Source: Octopus sinensis
Taxonomy: Eukaryota
Length of the DNA stretch: 64,000 bases
NCBI RefSeq assembly: GCF_006345805.1
Contig: NC_043010.1
Span: 41,850,001-41,914,000 of the forward strand
Reading direction: 5' to 3'
Part shown: one piece after another, positions 12,631-25,861 of the stretch
How the letters are laid out: the number at the start of each line of letters is the position of its first letter
Numbering within the stretch: position 1 is the stretch's first letter
Translations under genes and position numbers: made by a program
The notes under the pieces: generated by a model
Seen by the model: the letters and a program-made list of their open reading frames with translations, nothing else
Database searches by the model: none
Told to the model about the DNA's origin: nothing

Positions 12631-13130
12631 TGTATGTGAGATATTCCTGATAATAGCTCCAAGATGGTTGAACCTGGACTGTTGTATTTTATATTTTCAT
12701 ACAGTTTATGGCAGGGTCTGTAGAGACTTGTATTTAAGTCTAAAGAGGCATCAAGGACATTCACTAATCAATGGTTCTCATTTAGAGTGATAAACCGTAG
12801 TTCTTCACAAACTTAAATAAGTTTTTCATATTTCTTTCTAAATCTACCTTGCTACACCAATGGATAGAGGTAACAGAAATAGCATAGAATAACAAGTTTA
12901 TTTCATAAAATAGTTTACATGAATCTCTGGGTGCGCATGTATATAGGTAACGCAAAATATATGCTATATGTATATATATCACATACGTTTAGATATACAA
13001 CACTAAATCAGACTGTTATATCGCACGTTCGGATGGCGTGCCTTCGCCAATAACGTATTTCTACTCAACTACCGAAGTCTTGCTTCCGACGACTCGACTC
13101 AACAGAACTCGTTCTAGTCTACCGATGGCT

Positions 13131-15100
13131 CCTGTTTCTTTATTATAGCCAGAAGGGCTCAACATAGAGGGGAGACAAACAAGGACAGAGAGGACACCAC
13201 AAAGGGGACAATACATAGAACGAATATGAAGGAAAAGGTTATATAACAATGAAATTACGAATGGCAGCATGCACCCTTCATCACATGCAGTACCATTAAT
13301 CTTGTTTACAGTCAATTATCGGGTATTTAAATAACTATTAACTAACATGTAACATACAATTGCAAGTAACCAATCCGTGTATTATCCGGAGGTCCACATC
13401 GGGTTCCTGACGCATTGTCTTTCCGATAAAAACAGTCTTATTACACGCTATCCATTGATTGAGGGCTATCTAAAGGACAGTCTTTTATTGGCGGTATCAC
13501 ATCATCACAGTCAATTGTTGGTTTCACCTTTTCAAATTCGACTTCAAACTGTACCATTCCCATGTCGCACCTTTTTTTGAACTCCTCATAGCCATTCGGT
13601 TATATTATTATTGCTTTAGTTCCATCGTTGCTGTAATCCTTAGGTAATTTTACCCGTATTACTGACTTTCAGGATCTCTGTTTCCGTATGTATACTCTTT
13701 TGATATTCAACATAATACCTATTTCTTTATTACCCACAAGGGGCTAAACATAGAGGGGACAAACAAGGACAGACATAGGTATTAAGTCGACTACATCGAC
13801 CCCAGTGCGTAACTGGTACTTAATTTATCGACCCCGAAAGGATGAAAGGTAAAGTCGACCTCGGCGGAATTTGAACTCACAACGTAACGGCAGACAAAAT
13901 ACCGTTAAGCATTTCGCCCGACGTGCTAACGTTTCTGCCAGCTCTCCGCCTTGTATTCAACATAATACCATCTCTTCTTCGTCTGGTTTTCTCTCCCTTC
14001 TTCATTCCTTTTTTCTTCACCTCTCTTCAACCTCACCTTCAGAGGAGAAACTTTCAAACTTTCCTCTTCTGTTTTCCTTGTCACTATTTTTTTCCATTAC
14101 TTCCCATCGCCTCTTATTTCTTTTACAGCTTCTCCGGTGGAGAACCCCTTCTACTTTTTCTTTTCCGCAGTTTCCCCTCCACGAATTCTTTCTCTGTATC
14201 CGCTGTTTCAGCTCCTTCTCCACACTCCACCACGTTTGCCTCTCTCTGCATCGAACTCTCTTCCCTCTTTTTTTCCTTGTTTTGAGGGCAGTCCGCTTTT
14301 TTGTGTCCTCTTTTGCTACACACACAAAAAAAAATAATAAATAAAGGCCTGCCCTCTACTACCACATTCCGCTTGTTTCCTTCGGACAGTACTATTTCTT
14401 CAACTATAGAATTCAGATCTTCCAAGGCGGCTTGAATTTTCATTTCTAGTCCGTACCCCAAGAAGTCCAACTTTTGAGTTCATGTTGCCTTAAATATTTT
14501 TACGGATTCTGTTTGATGTGGAACAAGACTGCCGCCATAACCCACGTCTCGTCGTATTCGGGTGGGATTTTACCCACCCTTACTCTCGCTATTCTTTTCC
14601 CGCAGTAACTCGGTAGGAAAGCCTATTTGTCGTCCCTAATGGCGTCTACTGCATGCTGTGCTGCTACTTCCTCAGATGCGAACCTGACTTCTACCACTCC
14701 GAGCTTCCGACTTCTTGTTACAAAAGTTGTCAGGTGTTTAATATTTTTGAGTGTTTTTCTATACTCTCAGTCGTCGCGGTTTCTAATTTTCCCGTGGACA
14801 ATCTTAAATGCCTATACAGGATCGTTCTTTTTTGTAAAATTTCTTTAATTCTGTCTGTTTCCACCTTCACGTCCTTCACTGCTACTACCCCTTGCCACCG
14901 CTGGCTCGAGGTATTCAAATTCTCTATTATACAATTGAATCACAAACAACAGAAATATACAGGCACACACGCGCAGGGAAAGTCTTCAACATTCAGTAAT
15001 AATTAATTCACAATCAATTAACATGCAACTCACAAAAATTAATTCCAACACTCTGACGACTCCTACCGACGGCTCCGGCCTGCTTGCTCGTAGCTTATTC
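13131..15100 (-). mobile_element. ORF1-only L1/Tx1-like non-LTR element, unit A (decayed ORF1 with zinc knuckle; SINE inserted)
   Basis: ORF 14123-14470 has C(V)CSKRGHKKADC (CX2CX4HX4C-type). Upstream frames give VEVRFASEE and RVRVGKIPPE. The 3' UTR ends in aataaagaaacagg. Confidence 0.65.
13720..13953 (-). mobile_element. SINE family S2, full length with 16-bp target-site duplication
   Basis: tRNA-like head ggcggagagctggcagaaacgttagc...gagttcaaattcc. The TSD TATTCAACATAATACC is at 13704-13719 and 13954-13969. Confidence 0.92.
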
Positions 15101-16820
15101 CTTTACTTGGCACATTGGCCACAACACAGAGGAGGACACTACAAGGACAGACACAACACCACAATGGAGACATAAAACATAATGAGAATGAGATGTTAAA
15201 TAAAAACGAAGAATTGAAATGGTTGCATGGTCCCCTCTCCCATGCAGTACCATTTGAACGTTTATATACACTATTTACAATCGTGCTATTTTTCTATTGT
15301 TTTTTTTTTCTTAATCATCTTTTTTATCCTCTTTTTTTTTACACGGAACACTTTTTCCTTTTTTTTTTCTTTTAACAAAACAATTTTACTTATTCTTTTT
15401 TTCCTTTTTAATACCTCATGAAAAGCTCCAAGTATCTTAGTTCAACTACGGGTTGATTATAAAAATTTTATAATTTTTCGTTCCGTCTCTTTGTTTTTTG
15501 CATATGTTACGAAATTCCATTTATGTTTTCCTTTTCTTGGTCGTCTCTTTTCTTCTTCCACTTCTTGTACCTTTTCCTTTTCCATCTCCACTCTGAACAA
15601 TTTCTCCATTTCACCCTCGTACAGTTGCACTCCTGAATCTTTTACCTTCGCTGGAATAACCGGCGTCTTCAACACTATTTCCTCCATCTGTAACTCCTTC
15701 TCCAACACTTTTTCGATTACTTTATCACTTTCTTTCTCCACCATCCTTTTGTCTTCCTTCCTTCTGGTCACTGCTTTCATTTCCACTTCTTCTTTCTTCT
15801 TTTTCTGGTTACCTGGTGGCGGGTTCACTCTTCCACTTCTCCTTCTTTTTCTTTCCACCACCGTGAATCCCTCCTCCGTTGCTTTCTCTTCCATTTCCAA
15901 CTGCACTACATGGTCCGCACTCTCCCACTTCTCCGTCTGTTTCCTCAGTGGGCACCTCGCCCTCATGAGGCCTTTCTCCCCACATGCAAAACATACAGTC
16001 TGTCCGCCCTCCACCACCGCTCTCAATCTCAAATCGTCGGGCAGCACCATCTCCTCAGTAGTTGATTCTATGTGTCCTTGTAGCCTTCAGTATCTTGGCC
16101 TCATCTTTCATGTTGAACATTATGGCTGTCATCAGCTATGTTTCATTTAGTTCTGGGGGTATTTCGCCTACTTGCAGTCTGGCCACACGTTTGCCACAGT
16201 ACGAGGGCAGAAGCACCCACTCCTCCGATCTTATTGCCTCCGTTGCGTGCTTAATTGCATCTTCCTCTGTCGCAAAGCGCACCTCAACGGTGGCGTATTT
16301 CCTTCCTCTTGTTATAAATGTCGTCAGTTTTTTTTATGCTTTTCAAACACTCTTCAATTTCCTCCACTGTCACAATCTCTTTCTTTCTCGTTACTATTTT
16401 CATCGTTTTAAATATAACTATTCGTTTTGTTACATTGCTTGTCAGTTCTGCAGGTGGCGTTAACTTCAGCGTATCTCCCTCTTTCTCCAGCAACTTCATT
16501 TTTCTTGGTTCTACCTTAATTTCAGTTATTTTCAACGTTTCCTCTTCTATTCCATTTCCAGTTTATCGTCTATGGAGCGACCACACAACACCTCCCACTT
16601 TTGAGAGTTTTTTTTTGTTAACCCGAATTTATCAATTTTATTTCTTTGGTGAGAAACTAGCATATCTTTTTCTCTTAGCGTTAATTTCCATCATTTCTGT
16701 AGGTTTTCTCTTCCTGTTTGACCTACGTGTCGATTCTGCTTCTGCTTTTGGTTCTGGGATCGAACAACTCATACCATATATCCATTGGTTCCTCTCGCCT
16801 CTCTTGAGTTTTGGTATATT
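15100..16820 (-). mobile_element. ORF1-only L1/Tx1-like non-LTR element, unit B
   Basis: ORF 15457-16050 has VVEGGQTVCFACGEKGLMRARCP, homologous to the unit A knuckle. It is followed within ~350 bp by a 3' UTR and tail homologous to unit A (atggtactgcatg...gtctgtccttg). Confidence 0.65.
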
Positions 16821-16828
16821 TTTTTAAT

Positions 16829-17981
16829 TGGTTCAGATGTACCTTTTGCGGCATTAAATCAAGTTGAGAAGGAATTAAAAAGATTGGAAGACATGGAGGT
16901 AATTGAAAAGTTAGCCGACTCTGAGTGGGTGGCTCCTACTCTATATATAAAAAAGAAGAACAACGAAATAAGAGTATGTGCGGACTTCTCAACAGGTCTT
17001 AATGATTGTTTAAAAAAATTACAATTATCCACTTCCAAACCCTGAAGAAATATTTGCTGGATTTGTCAGAGGCCTACCTCCAATTACTGGTAGATGAAGA
17101 ATGTACTAAAGTATTAACAATCAATACTCATAAAGGTCTCTACCGTTTCAAAAGACTGCCATTTGGGGTTAAGGTCGCACCAGCAATATTTCAGCAAGTG
17201 ATGGATACTATGCTAGCAGATTGTGAGTTCGCAGTCCCATACTTGGATGATATATTGATCAAAAGTGAATCGAGGGACCAACATATTGAACATATAAAAG
17301 AGGTTTTCAAACGAATAAGCGATTATGGGTTTAAAGTAAATGAGGATAAATGTGAATCTTTTTTTATTTTGGTAAAAATAAAGTACTTAGGACAGGTGAT
17401 CGATGAAAACGGACGAAAACCGGAGCCTTCTAGGATCGACGCGATAAAAAAAAATACCTGCTCCCACTAACAAAACAACACTACAAGCATTTTTAGGTCC
17501 GATAAGTTATTACCAGTTGTACATACCTAAAATGTATGAACTAAGAGATCCGTTGAAAAAGTTGCTAAAGAAGGACTTGAAATGGGACTGGACACACGAA
17601 TGTCAGAAAGCATTCGAGGAATTAAAAAAGCCGTTAACATCAGAGTTACCATTAGCTCATTTTGACCCAAACCTGAAAATAATTGTGGCATCGGATGCCA
17701 GTGAATATGGTATAGGAGCAGTGATATTGCATAAATTTAAGGATGGTACAATCAAAGCTATTGCCCATGCATCGAGAGTTCTATTACCAGCGGAAAGAAA
17801 CTACAGCCAGATTGAAAACGAGGCGTTATCATTAATCTTTGCAGTAAAAAAATTCCATAAATTCTTACATGGGAGGAAATTTACACTGCAAATGGATCAT
17901 CGACCGTTACTGTTTATTTTCGGTTCGAAAAAGGGTATCCCTACGCACTGAGCAAACCGCTTACAGCGCTGGGGTACTATC
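16829..17981 (+). pseudogene. Ty3/Gypsy LTR retrotransposon pol fragment (RT plus RNase H), frameshifted
   Basis: IRVCADFSTGLN, LDLSEAYLQ, RLPFGVKVAPAIFQ, YLDDILI, ASDASEYGIGAVI, NYSQIENEALS and DHRPLL. No LTRs seen. Confidence 0.95.
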
Positions 17982-19435
17982 TTCAGAAGCTGGTTTGAAA
18001 ACAGCCCGGTAGTTTGATCACCAAATAATTGAACTCCCATGTTAATTGTCAGGTGCAGTTTAGTCACTTGCCTCCACAGAGAGGATTGTTTGAGACAGGC
18101 CTGTAGTTCATCTGTTTTTGTACCTTTTGGGATCACAAGAAGGGTTTGTCTGAAATCCCCAGCCAAAACTACAGTGACCTCACCCATGATAATGTCCTTT
18201 CCTCTCAAATCTCTTAAGCAAATGTCAACAGCTTCAAGTGCTCCACGGTGAGACATGGTGCATTCATTCCAAACTATAAAGCACATCTGCCTAAGACCTT
18301 GGCCTTTGCTGATGTCTTAGAGATGTTTCAAATTGCAGTATCTGTCCTAACTAAATCCAAGGGAAGCTTCAAAGTAGAATGAGTTGTTCGTCCACCTGTC
18401 AAGAGAGTAGCTGCTATTCCAGAAGACGCTACCGCCAATGCAATGAACCCATCTAGACGAACTTTTGCTAGCAAAAGGTTTATCAAAAATGTTTTCCTAG
18501 TACCCCCAGGAGCATCCAAAATGAACAGGCCATCCCTTTCCTCCTGAGTCATTTGAATGATGCAATTGTAAGCTGTCCGTTGTTCAGTCAAAAGCTTTGG
18601 CTCATTCTTTGTTACATACTCATAGATATTGTTCATGTAATAGAATGTCTCCCTTAAAATTTCCTGGTCTGTTCAGGATTGTTCTCTTATTTGATCTGGC
18701 AAGCCATACTCCTGCAAAGATTTCCCTCTAAGCTGAAGGAATTTGTATTCAAGAAGTAGAGCCTCGTTCTTGATGTTGTCAGTCAACTGGATTTCGAGAT
18801 CTTGATTTGTCCTCTGCAATCTGTTAACCATGTCTTCACAGAAAGATTTCTGATGATTCTCCCACAGTTGGTGAGGGCTAGAGATGTAACAAGCCTGAAG
18901 CATAATGGCGAAGAGATTTTGCAACTGAAATGCAGAAGAGAAGACAACTGCCTCATCCAGAGTCGCATTCCAGTAACTGTCATTCTCAAGGAGGCTTTGG
19001 AAATGGCAAGCCTGTCGGTAAGAGCTACAGATATGGCCATTGCAAGTCTTAAGATCTAGGAAACTCTTTTGACCACGGACTGTGTGCAAAAGGAGTCCCA
19101 GAAAATAACACTCAAAGTTGTTGGGATGCAGTGTAGACCCTTCCCAATACTGAATGTCTTCTGATTTCTGGAAGCCCTTCAAGAGTTTGACCAATGGTAC
19201 ATCTCGTCCATTGTTTAGTTCTCTGTTGCCATGTGTAATACTGAGGAATTTCTTAGTACAAAAGAGTCGAATCAAATGGATCTGTGCGACAAAGCTGAAA
19301 GAAAGCAGTCAATATAGTTGAACGTGGAGACATTGTGGATTGTCTGGATTAAAGTATACTCGCTGGTCATTAACTAGATGTACAGCTAAATGGATAACTG
19401 TTGGATGCCGTTCATGCAGTAGCAAGTTAAACAGT
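17982..19435 (-). pseudogene. Helitron RepHel fragment (PIF1-like helicase), frameshifted
   Basis: HERHPTVIHLAVHL, LDAPGGTRKTFL, AVASSGIAATLLTGGRTTHS, WNECTM, GDFRQTLLVI and CLKQSSLW. Confidence 0.92.
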
Positions 19436-19449
19436 ATCTAGGCTACCTC

Positions 19450-19490
19450 ATTGCTGTTGTCAAGCGATGGTGGGGTTATGAATACAGACA

Positions 19491-19582
<92 letters not shown>

Positions 19583-19731
19583 ACGGGCTTCCTTCAGTTT
19601 CCGTCTACCATATCCACTCAGAACGTTTTGGTCGGTCCGATGACACTCACCCAAGGTGTCACGCAGCGGGACTGAATCTCGAGCCATGTGGTTGGGAAGT
19701 AAACTCCTTACCACACAGCCACGCCTGTGCC
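19450..19731 (-). mobile_element. SINE family S1, 5' portion
   Basis: Minus strand ggcacaggcgtggctgtgtggtaag... tRNA-like head with a B-box-like ggttc segment. Confidence 0.85.
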
Positions 19732-20439
19732 ATCTACACGACCATGCTGGGCCTGTTTTCGTCGTTAGGTCGACGGTATTACAGCGACAGTAACTTAACC
19801 ACTTCTACTGTGCCTGGACAGTTTCCAGAACGAAATACCTAGCCCCAAATACACTTATCACCTCTCCATTTAAACATAAGCCAACAAGGAAGGCAAGCCA
19901 TAACATTCGCAGCATCCGCAAGAGATTTCAGCTATCTATTTAATATAACCTTAGATATCTGCCTTAGGATCACACCCTCCGAATTTCCTGTTGGAGTAAC
20001 TCTCTGAGCATTTTCAAATGCTCAGTAAATTACGACACAACGCAGCAGGTGGTTATTATTAAAGTGGACAGGCATGATTTGTTCATAGCCAATCTGACTC
20101 TTTCATCCTTCAAACTTGTAATATTCTAGTGCAACAAATTTCATGAGATCAGTAGTTATCAAGATGCAGGATTTGTATAGAGTTATCTGACGTTCTTGGT
20201 TGATTTCTATCCCTGTCACCGCCTCGTGTTCCCATACAGCAGTGCCGATCACCTTGATTTGCCTAGAGTCCGGAATGATATCGGTGCATCATGGTTCTGC
20301 TATGTTTTAGTTCGTGCGAGATACCCCCAACATCTTTGTTTTTCATAGAAGTGATTCAAGTGTTAGTACATACAGAAAAATCATACAAGTGTTAGTATAT
20401 ACAGAAAGTGTACAGCCTTGATGAACCGATCGTATGATA

Positions 20440-21060
20440 CTGGTTGGTTCCCGAAATGTTGCAGTATTGTTATCTAACCTCGGAAGACTAGACGAAACCC
20501 GCCACCTTGAGAAACTCCTTTAAACGCTTTTGATTTGAAGGTCAAATCCATGCCGAGTTCCTTATCCAGCCTCTTTATGGTGTATTGCAGACGGTGGAAA
20601 TTGTCTTAGATATATCTATTCGGAATGGTTTTTGCTTGCGTATCACCACTTAGACCATCAGTAACAAGTGCCAACCTCTTTGCTAATAATTTGGACAAAG
20701 TTTTGGAACCAGAGTTATGGGCCAAAAATCGATGAGATTCCCTTTGTTTGGATCCTTTCTCAACAGTGTTACCGTTCTTCGACACACAGGATTAAAAATT
20801 CTACTCTTCTGCTGCCAGTTACTATATATATCTGCAAAGAAGTCTTAAAACCTCAAAACAAGTCTGGCATGTAAAAGTAAAGTTCGTAGGGCAGACCATC
20901 CAAACCAGGCGGTTTGCCTGAGGTGCAGCCAACTGTTACCTCCCGTATCTCTGTGGCGGTTATCGGCCTTTCGCAGAACGATGCCTCCACTACCGAGTAT
21001 CAGGACAGGCTGTTGAGGTAGGTGTTGAATCCATCCAGCTTCCGGTTCACCATTCATCCT
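20440..21060 (-). pseudogene. L1/Tx1-like ORF2 RT fragment
   Basis: FCERPITATEIRE..SGKPPGLDGLPYELY and a decayed KAF motif; many stops. Confidence 0.75.
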
Positions 21061-21610
21061 GAATATTCAGCCACAGTGCTACTGAAAAGTCTTAATCTTC
21101 TGCTTCGAATAGAGTAGCACGCGTGTATTACAAACCGTCGAAGATCGAATCGTGAATTAGTTGCTACGTTGCGTCTCTTCCAATACAGCATTAAACAAAT
21201 TAAGGATTCAAAAAACGTTCATTATTTATTTAATACCCTACTACAAGATATGTGTATGGCGTTAATGCTAGTTAAACTAGGAAGAAAGATTCTAGAAGAG
21301 GAACAACTTAAAATATTCAAATCTAACAATTACCAGCAAATTCATACAGCTAAAATAAGTACGTGGATAAAATACCAGCAGTGCCTCACAGCTAAAACAA
21401 GTGCAAGAATATTCGAACAGCGCACTAGCATACTTATAGAAGATAACGTCAAGACAATTTCAATAAGTCTTCAATGATTTACGCACTCAGAACTTGTATG
21501 GCTTCCTGAATAGCACCGGTTGATAATTCAGTGGTTAAATCTACTAGCAATATATAAAAGCCCTAAGCATTAAAAGGAAAAGTTTGTAATTAAAACACAA
21601 AAATAATCAG

Positions 21611-21616
<6 letters not shown>

Positions 21617-21662
<46 letters not shown>
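21617..21662. repeat. (GA)n microsatellite
   Basis: Directly visible. Confidence 0.95.
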
Positions 21663-21666
<4 letters not shown>

Positions 21667-21816
21667 AGGCGGAGAAAAAGAAACAAGGAAAGAGAGAAGT
21701 TGTGTGACAAAGTGATACCCTGGAAACAGTCCAGATCAAAACTATAATGCAAATTCACTTAACGATATTCAATCCATCGAATGACAGGAGCCTCAAAAAG
21801 ACACTCTTTTACTCTT

Positions 21817-22100
21817 TTATATGTTTCAGTCATTTGACTGCGGCTATGCTGGAGCACCGCCTTTAGTCGAACAAATCGACCCCAGAACTTAATCTTTGTA
21901 AGCCTAGTACTTATTCTATCGGTCTCTTTTGCCTAACCGCTGAGTTACGGGGGTCGTTAACACACCAACATCTGTTGTCAAGCGATGGTGGGGGACAAAT
22001 ACGGACACATAAGCACGCGCGCGCGCGCACACACACACATACACACACACATACGACGGGTTTCTTTCGATTCTCGTCTACGAAATCCACTCACAAGGCT
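21817..22100 (-). mobile_element. SINE family S1, 5'-truncated
   Basis: Reverse complement of the S1 body. Confidence 0.88.
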
Positions 22101-22359
22101 CATGTATCCAATTAAAGCAACTATTAAAAAATGGCTCCTAAAATAATTGTATTGCATTCACAGAAAATAAGATCATTAGCAATTACACACACATAAGAAC
22201 ACTATCACATACACACACACACACACACATACACAAATAGACAAAACATACATTCTTTCCAGAACAATCGCTATCTCAATATATTCTCGAACTTAATGGA
22301 GCAGGGAACTGGCCTCTTCGCTGTGTGCGAGAATGTAGTAATAAATAATTCATTCATTT

Positions 22360-23110
22360 AACCCCCATGTAAAGCATAGACCACCATCGTGAAAATCTGC
22401 ATCAGCTTCGGTCTTGGCAATATTCTGCTGCAGTTATCCTTTGGTGTAGCCACCTTTCACTGCTTCAGTTTCCGTGGACCTCCAGCTGTTTATGACCTGT
22501 CACGCCTTCTTTTTCCAAGTGGTGTCCATCAGAGGGCTTGCTTCGTAATGTTGGAAACAGGCTTCCGTAGGGTAATTTCTAACCCATCCAATTTTCTCTT
22601 CTTTATCCGAGTTTTCATCGGCTGCTGGTTCTCCTGTTCCCACAAAGCTTTGCTTATGTGTCTGTTTTGCCATCTCACCCGAAAGATATTCCGAGACATC
22701 TATTCACGAACGTTCAGAGCTTGTCGATGGAAAACTTACTTGCTGTGTCACACACATGTACACCAGCATTGTGTTAATGTTTGTATCTTTAATATACTAG
22801 GTTTTGCACTTATATCTTTAAGATACAGAGTTTTGCGTTTGTATCTTTAAAATACTGTGTTTTGCGTTTGTTGAGGTCTGTGACCTCCAGATCGGTATGA
22901 GTTTCATGAAGGCTTATGTAACGTTCTCATTTCTTGTTTTTATGTCCTGATCTGTTCCATCCCCCTCAAGTATGTGAAAGATTGACATTTTCTACTCCCT
23001 CTCCTCTGTGAAGCTGTCACCAATGGTTGCATGCACTCTCATGCTTTTTGTCTTTCCGATGTTTATCTTGTAGACAACCTTTATGAGTATTACGGTCATC
23101 GTTCTCTACC
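22360..23110 (-). pseudogene. RTE/RTE-X clade LINE 3' fragment
   Basis: AFMKLIPIWRS, RNIFRVRWQNRHISKALWEQ, LRKPVSNITKQAL*WTPLGKR are typical RTE-type C-terminal motifs. Confidence 0.75.
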
Positions 23111-24370
23111 ATGACAATTTGGCTGGAAAAGAAAATCGATGTCTTCAGCGAACCTGTTATCAATGTCCTCTCTTCAACCAGTTAAAAGTTATCGACTTTG
23201 CTAAAGTGTGACACGGTGCTACAAGTTTATTCAAAGTTTTGAGATATCAAGTGAAGAACAAGAAGTGAAATCGAAATATAAACAAAAAAAAAATTTCTTC
23301 GGGCTATCAACGAGATAAAATTTTGTTTGAGGCTATGAGCCGATGTTGGTAGAAATACTCTTACAGAATACAGTATCCACTTAAAGCAGCCTGACGCTTA
23401 CCAAAATACTTCATTTTATTACTGTATTGTACAATAGAGCCTTAATCGTTAATACTTCATAATCGTCTCGGCGATGATCGAAGGAATGGTAATAACATGA
23501 ATGCGACAAAGTGAACTCAGTGTCTTGCTGGATCTTGCTAGGTACTATGCGAATTTTTGCCCGTCTCTACGTAACTTTATCGCCTCTCCCAACTCATATA
23601 TCGTCTTCAATATGTATGGAGAGTTGGCTCTGCCTTTTGAATTTGATTGTGTGTGTGTGTGTTTTCGATTATTCTGTAATAGCTACGCTATTTTTGATTT
23701 TTCTACCATATTTTCGATTATTCTGAAGCAATTAAGCTACTGATCACAGGCAAAATAGTGTGTATAATGATTTCTCAAGGCAACGAGGGAGGCTTTACAA
23801 GGTGGTTCGGTCTGCTAGAAGTAGCGGCTTAAGAAGCCTGTAATATCACCTTCCGTTCAGAGCTACTTTTCCTGTTTTGTAGCTCCGAGATGACAAGGGC
23901 TAAAATACTTTTGGCCCAAAAGTTAAACATGAAAAACAACAGCAACTTTTATAATCCAGTAAGACACTAAAGGCAAATCTGATTGCTACTACTAATGCTG
24001 GCGCCAGACGAGATATCATAAAATTACAGTTTTATCGATTGATAACGGACAATCGCTGGAAATCTTTTTTCTGTCCAAAAGTGGAAATTATTTAGTTTTA
24101 ATGCTACAAACTACGATGTTCGATAATTACTTTAAAAATTGTAGAGGATATACAATGATTAGCAAATAAGCATTAGTGTTGAAATCAAATGAAATGTCTT
24201 TCTGCAGTGAGTATTCATTCAAACACTTCTAACGTTATAAAATGAACTTGATCAAGTGAAATATAGAAAATAAATAAATAAATAAAAGAATAAAGTGTTG
24301 CGTTTCTCTTTGAATGTGAACATAATTATATAAGTTATAGTTGCTTTTCTCTATAAAGTATACAGCATGT

Positions 24371-24472
24371 AGAGGCGCAATGGCCCAGTAGTTTAGGGCA
24401 GCGGGATCGTGGTCGTAGGATCGCGGTTTCGATTTCCACACTGGGCGTTGTGAGTGTTTATTGAGCGAAAAT
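24371..24472 (+). mobile_element. SINE family S3, tRNA-like head
   Basis: gaggcgcaatggcccagtagtttagggcagc...ggtttcgatttcc (A/B-box-like); homologous to 61227-61472. Confidence 0.85.
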
Positions 24473-24490
24473 ATATGTATGTATGTATGA

Positions 24491-24975
<485 letters not shown>

Positions 24976-25017
24976 CTATGGCTGTGAATAGTTTTCAGAA
25001 CATTTATAAAGAGAAAG

Positions 25018-25065
25018 GTCTTACAGCTGTTTCAGGGATATTTTATATCTCCTATCATCAGAGAC
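25018..25065 (-). ncRNA. Minimal type-I hammerhead ribozyme (second copy of the 11.1-kb family)
   Basis: Minus strand: GTCT-CTGATGA-t agg(a)gatat aaa atatccct-GAAA-CAGCTG-TA-AGAC; follows (TA)n. Confidence 0.82.
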
Positions 25066-25222
25066 GGTGCGAGAAAATTTTTAAGTAATAGTTATTATAG
25101 AGAAGATATGAATTGTAGGAAAGAATAAAAGTTTTCGTTGCTTAAGAGAGCGAACCAAGTAATAACTTTGCCTGTATGGGGCCATAGGTTGATGTTTAAT
25201 CTCTCCTTTACATTATTTACAT

Positions 25223-25535
<313 letters not shown>

Positions 25536-25584
25536 CATCGGAAAATACCTTAGGAATGAGAACCCCGTTTCGAAATTTCCCCAA

Positions 25585-25630
25585 GACACCTGATGAACGC
25601 TGGAGGGTATATCAACCGAAACGTTGTGTT
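25585..25630 (+). ncRNA. Minimal hammerhead motif with loopless AACGUU stem III; stem II partly decayed
   Basis: GACAC-CTGATGA-a cgctg gagggtatat caacc-GAAA-CG-TT-GTGTT. Confidence 0.65.
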
Positions 25631-25694
25631 ACCAACAAACAAGATGAGGACAACTATCCGTCAAATGTAAATAATGTAAATAAAGTACATAATT

Positions 25695-25780
25695 CCTGAT
25701 CTTTAAATTTGGAATTGGTATTAATTTGTCTAAAATATTTTTGCTTACTTTTCCTAGGTCGGATTTGGTGGGGCACATAC
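25695..25780 (-). pseudogene. Penelope-like RT N-terminal fragment
   Basis: CPTKSDLGKVSKNILDKL matches the PLE motif (N)PxKSE(I/L)GKISKxILDxI. Confidence 0.65.
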
Positions 25781-25792
25781 ACACGCACATAG

Positions 25793-25861
<69 letters not shown>

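Noticed and set aside
24371-24450. tRNA-like sequences here and at 9609, 13900, 36350 and 61400
   Set aside because: They are SINE heads: A/B boxes are followed by repeated SINE bodies, and the cloverleafs are imperfect.
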